A DNA stretch of 32,345 nt from a virus: positions 1-32,345 of the IMG/VR virus record IMGVR_UViG_3300045988_077901. One strand, 5' to 3'. Positions 16,607-25,850 of the stretch are shown piece after piece. Below the pieces are notes generated by a model. It had not been told where the DNA came from, made no database searches, and was given only the letters and a program-made list of their open reading frames with translations. A program made the position numbers and the translations under genes. Positions within the stretch are counted from its first letter, which is position 1. Each line of letters begins with the position of its first letter.

Positions 16607-17257
16607 CTAGCCTTTCTTTCTTGCGTTTGCAATTGCCATTACGGCGCACGCTCTCGCGTGCGTCATGCGCCGCCGCGCAAACTCCTTGCGCGTCTGCTCA
16701 ATCTCTCCGTTAAGCAAGTTGCGTGCGCTAATCTCGGTGTTGGGGTCAGCCGGAAGGCTCACCGCCGACACGTCGAAAACCTTTTTGACCCGCGTAATAG
16801 TGCTAGTGCGGGTTTCCCTGTCGAACTCGTCAGCGGCCACGGTGAACGCCCATGACATACGCGTGATAAGTCCGGCGGCTATCTCTTCGTAAAGCTCGCG
16901 CGATGCTTGGCTGCGCGACAGGTCGGCGGCGATGAACAAGCCGTGTTCGTCCGGCTCGATAAGCAGCGTGCCGTTACTCGTGCGGGCGTACACGCGCCCT
17001 TCGTGGTCGTACTGCAAAATCACGTCCGACATATCGGCTTCGCGGAAAGCATCGGGGCTGATGATCTCCAAATACTCGTTGCCCGCGAAGTCGCAATAGA
17101 TGGGGTAGGGGTCATTGAACGTGCTTGCGTAGCCCTCGACGTAGTAATCACTGTCAAAGCGCTTCTTCGGCTCTTCGCCGCCCTCGTCTGCGCGTTTGAG
17201 CGGCGCGAGCGTGGCGGTCAATGTTCGGTACTGTCTTTCATTCGGCTTGCTTGGCAT
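16607..17257 (-). CDS. Prohead protease, HK97 family (S78/U35)
   Basis: YYVEGYASTFN..DHEGRVYARTSNGTL..RMSWAF..DVSAVSLPADP. Confidence 0.9.
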   Translation of the reverse strand: MPSKPNERQYRTLTATLAPLKRADEGGEEPKKRFDSDYYVEGYASTFNDPYPIYCDFAGNEYLEIISPDAFREADMSDVILQYDHEGRVYARTSNGTLLIEPDEHGLFIAADLSRSQASRELYEEIAAGLITRMSWAFTVAADEFDRETRTSTITRVKKVFDVSAVSLPADPNTEISARNLLNGEIEQTRKEFARRRMTHARACAVMAIANARKKG

Positions 17258-18518
17258 CGTTGCCCCCTTGTCCCTTGTCCTTTGGTGCGCCTATCTGCTC
17301 TGAAAGCGCAATGTTGGCGTTGGTCTGCGCGGCGCTCGCGGCTTGCTCTGCCGTATGCTCGCTAATCAACCCAAGGTCGATATACTCGCCACGGATTACG
17401 TGGCGCTCGCCGCCCTCGTAGTGCGGCGATTGGAACACGTCGGCAACTTGGTTGCCGTTCCAGATTCCACGGTCGAAAAGCGCCGTTGAAACGGCAAGCT
17501 TCGTGGTGTTGCTGGCGAACTCCAAGCGGTTTGCCGAAAACATGATTTCGTTTCCGTGGGCAATCTCGTTCCTGCTGTAGGTCATCGCGGTTAGCACGTA
17601 GCCAAGCTGAACGGCGAACGTCTCAATGTTCCCTTCATAGAACGCGTTATAGGCGTCCTCGTTCGCCTTGTTCAGCACCACATCTTCGTTGGTACCGAAG
17701 AACCTATAGGCGCTCTTCTCGATGCGCTCCATCTGCGCCGCGTCAACCGTGTAGCTTGACGGCGTAATCTGCTTCACATCGTCAAAGATACGGTCATACA
17801 CGGCGATGCCGCCCGCGTTAGACGGGTCAAGCTGCTTGTTGAAGTCCTTTGCGGCCTGTTCCCTGTCCTTGTCGTTGCGGTTCTGGCTCAACTTGCCTAT
17901 AAAGCGGATGAAAGCGCCTTGCTTAATGGCGTTCATTTCCCCTTCGGTCTGCGCGTGCATCAGTTCTAGCGTTGGATTAAGCACGTTGGTGCCGTCGCCG
18001 AAAAGATCACTTCGGTACTGGTGGCGCGTCATAACGCCGACGCGTGACCATTCCACGTACACGCTTTCAGAAGTCGGAAAGTCCAGCTTCAACCAAAGTT
18101 CGCCGCCCACGTCATAGGCCGTGCATTTGCTCGGCAACACCGGGTAATAGCCAACGTGCGTTGTGTTGTCATCGGCGAACAGCGGAATAATCAACGCCGT
18201 GTCGTTCACCTGCAACATGGTGTAAATGCGCTTGATGAACTGCGGCGTTGTCATCCACGGGTTGGGCTGGTAGGCCAGCGAAGCCGTGGCGTGGCTCTGC
18301 GCGGTGCCGCTCACCTCTGGTTTCAGCTTGCTTGCGTGGTTCGCGCCGCTCTCGATGATTGAGCGCGTCAACTCCGCTTCGTAAATGCCGCCCGTCCAAG
18401 TGGTGAAGCTTGGTTGGTAGGCCGTGAACGTTGAGAAGTAGCCGTTTACGGCTTGCATCTGCTTGCCGTGAAACACGGAATCGAACATTGAGCGCAAGCG
18501 CGGTTTCAGTCTTGCCAA
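17238..18518 (-). CDS. Portal protein (HK97-type)
   Basis: 426 aa between TerL and the protease; TTG start with AGGGGG RBS. Confidence 0.9.
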   Translation of the reverse strand: MARLKPRLRSMFDSVFHGKQMQAVNGYFSTFTAYQPSFTTWTGGIYEAELTRSIIESGANHASKLKPEVSGTAQSHATASLAYQPNPWMTTPQFIKRIYTMLQVNDTALIIPLFADDNTTHVGYYPVLPSKCTAYDVGGELWLKLDFPTSESVYVEWSRVGVMTRHQYRSDLFGDGTNVLNPTLELMHAQTEGEMNAIKQGAFIRFIGKLSQNRNDKDREQAAKDFNKQLDPSNAGGIAVYDRIFDDVKQITPSSYTVDAAQMERIEKSAYRFFGTNEDVVLNKANEDAYNAFYEGNIETFAVQLGYVLTAMTYSRNEIAHGNEIMFSANRLEFASNTTKLAVSTALFDRGIWNGNQVADVFQSPHYEGGERHVIRGEYIDLGLISEHTAEQAASAAQTNANIALSEQIGAPKDKGQGGNDAKQAE

Positions 18519-18522
18519 GGTT

Positions 18523-20241
18523 TCAGCCCCCTATCATTGATTGGTATTCGTCGGCCATGTCTTTAAGGACTACGAACGCGTCACACTCCGCCGCCCATGC
18601 GTCAATGCGGTTGCGCGGGTCTTGGTTCTTCTTGTCCGGCGCAATGTTGCCGTTCGCGTCCGATCTGACGGCCACGTTTGAGCGGCACCACTCCGCAATT
18701 GGGTTGGCGTTGTCAACTATTCGGTTCTCCCGGTAAAGCGCCCGCAGTTCCTTCATGGGCATTGACAGGGTTTGCGCACCCTGCACGACGCGCCGGAAGT
18801 AGTCAGCGCCAAAGTACCCTTCGTAAGCTTCCACGGTCGGCACGTCGCGCATATGCCACGGGTCATAGCCGCAAGCAACGGCATAGATGCCGTATTTCTG
18901 CTGAATCTCGGCCACCCAATCAAGCACCGTGCGTTTGTCGATAATCGGCGTTGGGCACGTGCGCAAGTAGCCGTTGGCAATCCACGCATCATAGGGCACG
19001 CCGTCGCGCCCGCCGCGCCGTCCCTCGCGCTCCGCTTGCTCTAGCGCACGTTGCGGAATCCACGCCATGTGCAGCGCGTATATGTTCGGGTCGTTTGGGC
19101 GCTGCATGAGCAGACACGCCGCCGTAAGGTCGGTAGTGTCCGAAGCGTCAACGCCCAGAATCGCATATGTGAAGCCGTCCGACGGGTCAAATGTCGCGTC
19201 GTTGTGAATCTCTGACCATGTAAGCCAAGCTTGGCTTTGGTTCTCAATCAGGTTGAAATCCTTAACAAGCAGCGTCGGCAGAAACGTAGGGTCGTTCTTG
19301 GCCTTGCTCACGTTCTTGCGAAGCGCTGGCAGTGATTTGATAGTGCCTAAGCCCGGATTCGCCTTGACCCAAGCCGGTTCATGCTCCCATTCCTCGCGTT
19401 CGTCCAATTCGTAGATGAACGCAATGAAGCGTTCCGCGTCCGTGCCGGTTGCCTGACCGTCAAGCCACTTCGCGGCGTACTGGTATTGAGCATCGAAGAT
19501 GCCAGCGCGAACAAAACCGTTGGTTGTGATCTCCAAAACCAGCGGTTGCCTACGCGCCGACGTGCCTTGTATGGTCAGGTCGTACAAGTCGCGGTTTCGC
19601 ATGGCCGCCAACTCGTCGATGATCGCGCCCGACACGTCCAAGCCGTCAAGGTGGTTCGTGTTTGCGCTAAGCGCCTTGATGGTGCCCATGTTCAAATCGC
19701 AATATAGGTCGCTCACGCGCTTGCGAATGTGCTTTGACAGCGCCGGTGACGTTTTAATCATGCGCCAAGCGTTGTTGAAGCCCTTAGCCGCCTGATCGTG
19801 GGCGGTTGCGACGTTGTAGACCTCTGGTGCGCCCTCGTCATCGTTCACCTGCAAGTCAATTTCGATTGCGGACGCAAGCGCGGTCTTTCCGTTCTTCCTG
19901 CCCATGACCCAAAGCACTTCGCGGTACTGCCGCAAGCCCTCTGCGTCAACGAAGCCGAAAATCACGGACAGAATGGCAAGTTGAAACAATTCCAGCTTGA
20001 AAGCGTGCCCAAGCTTGCCGGATGGTAGGCGGCAAAAGCGTTCAATGAAGTTAACGTGCTTCTGTGCGTACTCTTCGCGGAAATGGTACGGATAAAGCGG
20101 GTCTTTGTTGTCCATGTCGCGCATAATCTTTGCAGCTACCTGCTTGATCTTGCGACAGGCCGTTATAGACCCGTCCAGCACGCCGCCGAAGTATTCACGT
20201 ATAGCTTTCTCGCACCGCCCAGCCTTAGCGGCCTTAGTCAT
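18523..20241 (-). CDS. terL: Terminase large subunit
   Basis: 572 aa; FKLELFQLAILSVIFGFVD..VLWVMGRKNGKT (Walker A-like) and a nuclease half; ATG overlaps the TerS stop. Confidence 0.9.
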   Translation of the reverse strand: MTKAAKAGRCEKAIREYFGGVLDGSITACRKIKQVAAKIMRDMDNKDPLYPYHFREEYAQKHVNFIERFCRLPSGKLGHAFKLELFQLAILSVIFGFVDAEGLRQYREVLWVMGRKNGKTALASAIEIDLQVNDDEGAPEVYNVATAHDQAAKGFNNAWRMIKTSPALSKHIRKRVSDLYCDLNMGTIKALSANTNHLDGLDVSGAIIDELAAMRNRDLYDLTIQGTSARRQPLVLEITTNGFVRAGIFDAQYQYAAKWLDGQATGTDAERFIAFIYELDEREEWEHEPAWVKANPGLGTIKSLPALRKNVSKAKNDPTFLPTLLVKDFNLIENQSQAWLTWSEIHNDATFDPSDGFTYAILGVDASDTTDLTAACLLMQRPNDPNIYALHMAWIPQRALEQAEREGRRGGRDGVPYDAWIANGYLRTCPTPIIDKRTVLDWVAEIQQKYGIYAVACGYDPWHMRDVPTVEAYEGYFGADYFRRVVQGAQTLSMPMKELRALYRENRIVDNANPIAEWCRSNVAVRSDANGNIAPDKKNQDPRNRIDAWAAECDAFVVLKDMADEYQSMIGG

Positions 20242-20659
20242 AGCGCGTTTCAGCTAGGTAGTCCGTGAGCGCATCAGCAGCCGCCGCGCCGGTCGGCATC
20301 ATGTCGCAAAGCTGCTTGATGCCGCGCTGAAACGTAGTGAAAAGTTTGTTGTATGCCTGAAAGCCGGGATGCTCGCGCAAGCCCGATTGCCCGCCGCCGT
20401 TGTCATACTCGGTGTAGATGCTTTCATAAAGCAAATCTTTGCGGGCTTCGTCCAACTTGTACTTCATGAACGCAAGGTTGGGAAGCATCCCAAGCACAAC
20501 GTTGCGCTTGTCCTCTGGTATCGCGTCTTTGGTAAGGCGTTGAAGCTTGCGCAACTCGCTGTCAACCCTCGCTTGCGGGGTGGCGGGCTTGCGCTTCGGC
20601 TTACTCTCGGCAACTTTGCCCGAAACTTGCGAACTATCGCATACTTTTTCTTTCTTCAC
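20234..20659 (-). CDS. terS: Terminase small subunit (P27-like)
   Basis: Position and size; probable GTG start 20659 after an AAAGGGGGGTGG RBS (the track start 20722 lacks an RBS). Confidence 0.65.
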   Translation of the reverse strand: MKKEKVCDSSQVSGKVAESKPKRKPATPQARVDSELRKLQRLTKDAIPEDKRNVVLGMLPNLAFMKYKLDEARKDLLYESIYTEYDNGGGQSGLREHPGFQAYNKLFTTFQRGIKQLCDMMPTGAAAADALTDYLAETRYD

Positions 20660-20824
20660 AAGACCACCCCCCTTTGAAAAGTCGGCGCACGAATAAAATT
20701 GACTCCCGGCGTTGGTGCCCAAGGCTTTTTGTGCAGTTTCGGAACCGGGGGGCTTGCCCGCCGTTCTGACCTGCTGTTTTAGTTTTGCTTGTGTTTTGGT
20801 TTGTTGTTTTTCCTTTGCTTGCCG

Positions 20825-21142
20825 TCATTCGTGCAAGCAAATCAAATTGCCGTCGCTGTCAAACGCAAGCCCTTGCCGGGTCGCTCCACCGCGTGCCCAG
20901 CCGTGCGTTATCTTGTGGCATCGGTCGCATAGGCTGACCAGATTATCAAGGCCGCACGTTATGTTCGGGTCGTTAATGTTGGCCGGTGTCAGTTCCTCTT
21001 TGTGGTGAACCATGGTTGCCGGCGTGATCTCGCCAGCAGCCAAGCAGCGCTGGCACAAGTGGTTGTCGCGTATCAGCGCCGCTTCTCTGGCGTTAGCCCA
21101 AGCGGTGGAATGGTAGAAGCCATAGCTGAAAGCCTTTGCCAT
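20825..21142 (-). CDS. HNH endonuclease
   Basis: CQRC..VHHKEEL..NLVSLCDRCHKITH; adjacent to the terminase genes as in HK97-like cos phages. Confidence 0.85.
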   Translation of the reverse strand: MAKAFSYGFYHSTAWANAREAALIRDNHLCQRCLAAGEITPATMVHHKEELTPANINDPNITCGLDNLVSLCDRCHKITHGWARGGATRQGLAFDSDGNLICLHE

Positions 21143-21255
21143 AATGCACCGCCCAAAAGAAAAGGGACGCGGCTTGCGCCGTGTCCCTTCATGTAAACCT
21201 ATGTCACCGTATCGAACTTTAGCATAAGTGGGGAAGTGAAGGGAAGTACCTTTTT

Positions 21256-21702
21256 TCAAGCGGCACGAACCTTCGCAAATCCCATAGCGTCAATGAACGC
21301 GAATGCCGCCGCCGACAACTCGCGGCACCACTTGGGCGAACAGCGCATCACTTCCGCAACTTCCTTCCACGGCATCGCCTGAAGGTACGCCATGCAAAGC
21401 ACGTCGGCGTATCGGTTGCCCTTCAGCTTCGCCAAGCCGCCGTGGTCATCCTCGCCGTACAGAAGCAACGTTGCTTCGTCCAGCATTCCCGACGCTTCGG
21501 CAATGCGGCGGCTCAATCGCTCCTGAAATTCCATGCGCCTATTGATCGTGTCTATAGCGTCGCCGGCACCGCCGCTTGTGTGCGGCTCATAGCTTATAGC
21601 CCCCACGCCCTCTTTAGCCATCATTGCCGCAAGCATTTCTTTTGAGCGCTCTATTTCGTTAACGGTTTCGCGTATCTGCTCGAAATACTCTTGTGCCAGC
21701 AT
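21256..21702 (-). CDS. Putative late-gene transcriptional regulator (sigma-70 region-4-like HTH)
   Basis: C-terminal ADVLCMAYLQAMPWKEVAEVMRCSPKWCRELSAAAF resembles region 4; last gene before the packaging module. Confidence 0.4.
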   Translation of the reverse strand: MLAQEYFEQIRETVNEIERSKEMLAAMMAKEGVGAISYEPHTSGGAGDAIDTINRRMEFQERLSRRIAEASGMLDEATLLLYGEDDHGGLAKLKGNRYADVLCMAYLQAMPWKEVAEVMRCSPKWCRELSAAAFAFIDAMGFAKVRAA

Positions 21703-21707
21703 GGTTG

Positions 21708-22145
21708 CTACCTTACGCCCGTGCTTCCAAAACCAGCGGTTCCGCGCTCGGTTTCGCTCAACTCTTCAACCGGCACAAGTTCGCAAGGAACAAAGGGCAT
21801 GACAACCAGTTGACAAACGCGGGTGCCGGCATCAAGCGTGATCGTTTCATCAGACGTGTTAATCAGGCTTGCGCCAATCTCTCCACGGTATCCCGAATCA
21901 ATCACCCCAACGCTATTTGAAAGCGTGATGCCGAACTTGCTTGCAAGACCGCTGCGCGGGAACACCAGACCAACACAACCGCTAGGGATTTCAACGGCAA
22001 CGCCGGTGCCGACGTTAACGCGCTGGCTAGGCTCCAACGTCACATCGTGCTTAATGCGAAGGTCTAAGCCCGCGTCACCTTCATGCGCATAGGCCGGCAC
22101 TTCCACGCCATCCGAAATGCGCACGTTTAGTTTTCTTCCTTGCAT
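21708..22145 (-). CDS. dut: dUTP diphosphatase
   Basis: GDAGLDLR, PRSGLA, GVIDSGYRGEI, RGTAGFGSTG motifs. Confidence 0.95.
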   Translation of the reverse strand: MQGRKLNVRISDGVEVPAYAHEGDAGLDLRIKHDVTLEPSQRVNVGTGVAVEIPSGCVGLVFPRSGLASKFGITLSNSVGVIDSGYRGEIGASLINTSDETITLDAGTRVCQLVVMPFVPCELVPVEELSETERGTAGFGSTGVR

Positions 22146-22537
22146 TGCTCTTCCTTCCTATTAGCCTTGCGCTCTTTTCTCCATGTGCGCAGAAGTTCAA
22201 ACAGTCCCATTGATTCAAGGTTCGCTAAAGCCGGGTTTGCAAGCTTCAGCGATTCGCCGTCAATCGAAGCCGCAACAACATGAGTGCCCAACATATCGCT
22301 TAGGATTCCGCCGGCTTCGTCAACAAGCACATGATTAAGAAGCGGTGCGCCCACCAACATTTCGCGGCTTCTGTAGCAAATCGGCGGCGGCACTGGCTTT
22401 CCAATCCTCATTGCGTCGCGTTCAATTTGTTTTGCCATGGCTTCTGATCGTGTGACAATCGGAAAGCCTGTTTCATGCGATAGGTTGATAAGGTGGCGTG
22501 TTTTCCCTGATCTCCTACCGCCTACATAAACTTGCAT
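22127..22537 (-). CDS. Small P-loop NTPase-like protein
   Basis: GGRRSGKT (Walker A-like) and VLVDEAG (Walker B-like). Confidence 0.45.
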   Translation of the reverse strand: MQVYVGGRRSGKTRHLINLSHETGFPIVTRSEAMAKQIERDAMRIGKPVPPPICYRSREMLVGAPLLNHVLVDEAGGILSDMLGTHVVAASIDGESLKLANPALANLESMGLFELLRTWRKERKANRKEEQCKEEN

Positions 22538-22548
22538 TTCGGCACCCC

Positions 22549-22956
22549 CTAAAACGGTATGTCATCGTCGTATATCGACGCGGCTTGCACGGGTGCAGGT
22601 GCCGGCGTACCTTCTGGCTGCTGCGCTTCGCGGCGGGCGTTCATCAACTCCACTTCATCCACGATGATTTCAACGCGGCTATAGGTGCGCCCGTCCTTTT
22701 CGTATTTGTTTTGGTTCAGGTGCCCGGTTAACGAAAGCTTGGTGCCGCGTCGCAAGTAAGGTTCGATGCCCTGCGCCCTCGCGCCGAACATGACGCAATC
22801 AAACCAACTTGTTTTGTCTTGATAGGTTCCGTCTTGCTGGCGGCGGCGTTCGTTCACCGCAATTGAGAAGGTAAGCACGGCGGTTCCCGTTGCGGTCATG
22901 CGCAATTCGGAATCCTTGCCCAGATTGCCCGAAAGCGTAACTTGGTTCAAACTCAT
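22549..22956 (-). CDS. ssb: Single-stranded DNA-binding protein
   Basis: OB-fold pattern VTLSGNLGKDSELR..; acidic tail ending DDDIPF. Confidence 0.9.
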   Translation of the reverse strand: MSLNQVTLSGNLGKDSELRMTATGTAVLTFSIAVNERRRQQDGTYQDKTSWFDCVMFGARAQGIEPYLRRGTKLSLTGHLNQNKYEKDGRTYSRVEIIVDEVELMNARREAQQPEGTPAPAPVQAASIYDDDIPF

Positions 22957-23279
22957 TCCGTCACCCCGTCCAGCTTTTCAATGAGCGCTTGGGCTTGGTT
23001 CACGCCAAGACCGCCAACGCGCTTGTTCTCTGCAATCTTCAGTGACTTCATAAGCGCTTGCGTGCGCTTGAATCCGTACCCCGGCAAAGCGTTGATAACC
23101 TGCTTCACCCTCATGCCCTTTGCCGCCTTGTCTCCACGCTCTGCAAGGTTGATAACGTCGGTCACGGTCATTACGCCGCTGTTAAGTTCTGCACGCAATG
23201 CGGCACGCTCTTTGCGAAGCTTCATTGCCTTTTCAAGGTTTGCTTGCCGCTGCTCTTTCGTCAGTTCTGGTGCTGTCAT
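22953..23279 (-). CDS. Actinobacterial-type integration host factor (mIHF) homologue
   Basis: MTAPELTKEQRQANLEKAMKLRKERAALRAEL..MRVKQVINALPGYGFKRTQALMKSLKIAENKRVGGLGVNQAQALIEKL parallels mycobacterial mIHF; AAAGGGG RBS before ATG 23279. Confidence 0.8.
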   Translation of the reverse strand: MTAPELTKEQRQANLEKAMKLRKERAALRAELNSGVMTVTDVINLAERGDKAAKGMRVKQVINALPGYGFKRTQALMKSLKIAENKRVGGLGVNQAQALIEKLDGVTE

Positions 23280-23417
23280 TTCAGCCCCTTTCTTCCTATG
23301 TGCCTGATAATTACTTCTTATTTGGCAGTTGCCCATGTTCGGGCAAAGCCTTTTGCATGGCGCACCTGCGAATCTATGGCGGTGCGTCGCATGGCTCGAA
23401 ACAAGGCCATTGCAACA

Positions 23418-24617
23418 TCATTGCAACAACTCCTTCAACTCAACGTGCGCCGCTTCAGCCGCTTGCTCAAAGACGATTGCAGCGCGTTTCCCGCTTCCCG
23501 GCATTCGGTGCGCGTATGTCTTGACGGTGATTGCTTCGTCGGCGTGCCCTAAGCGATTGGAAACGGTCTTAACGTCTACGCCGTTGACCAGAAGCCATGT
23601 TGCGTGCGTGTGCCGCAATCCGTGGTAGGTAAGCCCTTTCGGCATACCCGCTTTTGCCGCAATGCCGGAAAACGCACGCGATATGGTGGACGGTCTGCAA
23701 TAGCTGCCGTCTATCGTGATTAGCGGTGCATCTGCTGGCAGATCGCCGCAAAACCTCTTTCGCAGTTCCAAGAAATCGGCGATAACCTGCAAATCAGATT
23801 CGGCAATCTCAATCGTTCGATTGCGACGGCCTTTTGTGACGTTGCGCCTGTATGGCCTTTTGCCCTTTTGCTCAATTACCGTGCCGGCAATGTGTATCGT
23901 CTTTGCTGCTTCCGAAATCTCGTTAGGCCACAACGCGCACACCTCGCCGCACCTCATGCCTGTTCTAAGCGCGAACCAAGCGGCAAACGCGTTCAAAACG
24001 CGCCTATACGTAACCTTGTTCAAAACCTCTGGTTTAAGAATCGCTTTTAGCTGCTCGTCCAGCTTTGCGAAATCCACGGTTGCAAGTGAAATTGCTTCGT
24101 GTGTCTCCAAGCGCGGCTTGTTAACTGCAATGAGCGGGTTAATCTGGCAAATGTTTTCTTCCACGAACCACGAATAGGCACCGCGCAAGAAATCGTGTAC
24201 GTTGCGCACGGTGTTTTGCGATAGTTCAAAGCCCTTTTTGCTCTTCGGTCGGCGCAAGGCAATTTCAAACTTCGTGAAGTTGTGCGTTTGAAGGTCGCAC
24301 GCGTTGACGGCTCCGAAGTACCTAACGGCATACTTCGTGAACAGCCGATAGCTTCTAACGGTGTTTGGCGAAAAGCCCGCCAGTTCGCAATACTCTGTGT
24401 AATCGTCCAGCAGATCGCCAAGCAACGCGCTAAGCACCAGCCCATTAGCCGACAGCTTGGAAGCCCACGCGTCGGCCATTTCCTGCGCTTGCTCTTCGTC
24501 TTGCGCCGTTGGAAACTCGCGGTAGGGCTGAATCGCCTTGCCTTCAGCCGTGCGCCCAAGATACGGGCGGGCAAACCACACTTCACGCTTAGTGTCCCAT
24601 TTCACCTTGCAGCGCAT
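23418..24617 (-). CDS. Tyrosine recombinase / phage integrase family
   Basis: ALRTGMRCGE, HGLRHTHATWLL, LGHADEAITVKTYAH catalytic signature; ATG 24617 follows the upstream stop with a GAGG RBS. Confidence 0.9.
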   Translation of the reverse strand: MRCKVKWDTKREVWFARPYLGRTAEGKAIQPYREFPTAQDEEQAQEMADAWASKLSANGLVLSALLGDLLDDYTEYCELAGFSPNTVRSYRLFTKYAVRYFGAVNACDLQTHNFTKFEIALRRPKSKKGFELSQNTVRNVHDFLRGAYSWFVEENICQINPLIAVNKPRLETHEAISLATVDFAKLDEQLKAILKPEVLNKVTYRRVLNAFAAWFALRTGMRCGEVCALWPNEISEAAKTIHIAGTVIEQKGKRPYRRNVTKGRRNRTIEIAESDLQVIADFLELRKRFCGDLPADAPLITIDGSYCRPSTISRAFSGIAAKAGMPKGLTYHGLRHTHATWLLVNGVDVKTVSNRLGHADEAITVKTYAHRMPGSGKRAAIVFEQAAEAAHVELKELLQ

Positions 24618-24619
24618 GG

Positions 24620-24955
24620 CTATTCGACCTCGGTTTGCTCTACGTTGCCTAACGGGCATTCGTTGCGCATCACGAAGCCAAGATGCTTGCTTGCTTCTGT
24701 TCTTTTAGGAAATTGGCAGCAATCTTCAAAACTGTTCCAATAGGCGCACTGGTCATCTACTGTTTCGGTGCCGCTGCATTGCTCTAACTCTTCCGGAAGA
24801 ATGCGCCAAAAAAACGGCACAATGCAATACCCGACAAGAAACACCCGACCGCACTTGAAGCACTCTACTTCATATTCAATGCCTGGTTCTTGCTCGCAGT
24901 ATTCGGAACCATCAAAAGCAGCGCCGCAATATGGGCACGTATATTCAGCATTCAT
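24620..24955 (-). CDS. Zinc-ribbon hypothetical protein
   Basis: CPYC..(26 aa)..CFKC; GGAGGG RBS. Confidence 0.5.
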   Translation of the reverse strand: MNAEYTCPYCGAAFDGSEYCEQEPGIEYEVECFKCGRVFLVGYCIVPFFWRILPEELEQCSGTETVDDQCAYWNSFEDCCQFPKRTEASKHLGFVMRNECPLGNVEQTEVE

Positions 24956-24957
24956 TG

Positions 24958-25230
24958 CTAGCCCTCCAACTCTGCAATCAGAAAATCAATGCACTGTTTG
25001 CACTTCTCCAAGTCCTGAACGCCGTTCTTTCGCGTCCAGCGCCATAGGTACTTGAAAGCGCACGCCCACCAGTAGAACGCCAGCGGATGAAGGTTCTTTG
25101 CCTTGCCGTCGTTCGCGCAAGGCTGCAAGCAATATCCTGTGCCCATCATCGCCGCCATAGCGTCTTTGCATTCGATGCCGCCGCCGGTATAGTGCGAAGG
25201 ATGCGAAACGGCGTTTTGCTGATCGCTCAC
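24958..25230 (-). CDS. DUF3310-like protein
   Basis: SHPSHYTGGGIEC..FKYLWRWTRKNGVQDLEKCKQCIDFL resembles the DUF3310 pattern. Confidence 0.6.
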   Translation of the reverse strand: MSDQQNAVSHPSHYTGGGIECKDAMAAMMGTGYCLQPCANDGKAKNLHPLAFYWWACAFKYLWRWTRKNGVQDLEKCKQCIDFLIAELEG

Positions 25231-25598
25231 AAGACCACCCCCAGCGCTTCAAGGCGCGTTTTGTAGCGCTCTAGGTCGCCCGGTAACTCCATGCACCAGT
25301 TCTTGTTAAGAACTCCATCAATCCACGCGAACATATCAGTTGCCACGTTCTCCAACGTGTCTGCATCTGCGTTGTTTTTCGGATAACTTGCGGCATCGCA
25401 CACAATATGGCCGCGTGTAATTTCTACCGTTGGCACTTCGTCAAAACGAAAGTTCGCCGTTACGGTCAAGCCAGTTAGCAAGCTTGGATATTCGCCAAGG
25501 ATATTTTCGGCGTGTTCTTCGATATATCGCCCTGCGTGCTTTATGGCTTCGATAAAGCCGCCGCGCGTGGCTAGGTTGCATTCAATCGGGTATGCCAT
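25227..25598 (-). CDS. Hypothetical early protein
   Basis: ATG with AGGTGA RBS; translationally coupled neighbours. Confidence 0.45.
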   Translation of the reverse strand: MAYPIECNLATRGGFIEAIKHAGRYIEEHAENILGEYPSLLTGLTVTANFRFDEVPTVEITRGHIVCDAASYPKNNADADTLENVATDMFAWIDGVLNKNWCMELPGDLERYKTRLEALGVVL

Positions 25599-25601
25599 GC
25601 T

Positions 25602-25850
25602 TCACCTGCTTTCTTCAGCGGCCATAATTTCGCCGCATTCGCCGTTCTCGTGGCCGCTGTGGCCTGCTTCCGTGTCCTTGTGGGTATTTGTGCCACTTTT
25701 GCCGGTTTCGTCGGTTACGCGCCGTTTCTGTGGCTCTTCAGTACGTGGATGCCTAACAACTAGATTTGCTTCAGGCGTTAGCCTGTGTTCGCTGCATCTA
25801 GGGCACCTGAAGCGTTCAGGTTTCTTGTAGCTTCTGTTTGCCGCCATCAT
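25602..25850 (-). CDS. Hypothetical early protein (CxxC, basic)
   Basis: 82-aa ORF in an operon context, CPRC motif. Confidence 0.4.
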   Translation of the reverse strand: MMAANRSYKKPERFRCPRCSEHRLTPEANLVVRHPRTEEPQKRRVTDETGKSGTNTHKDTEAGHSGHENGECGEIMAAEESR

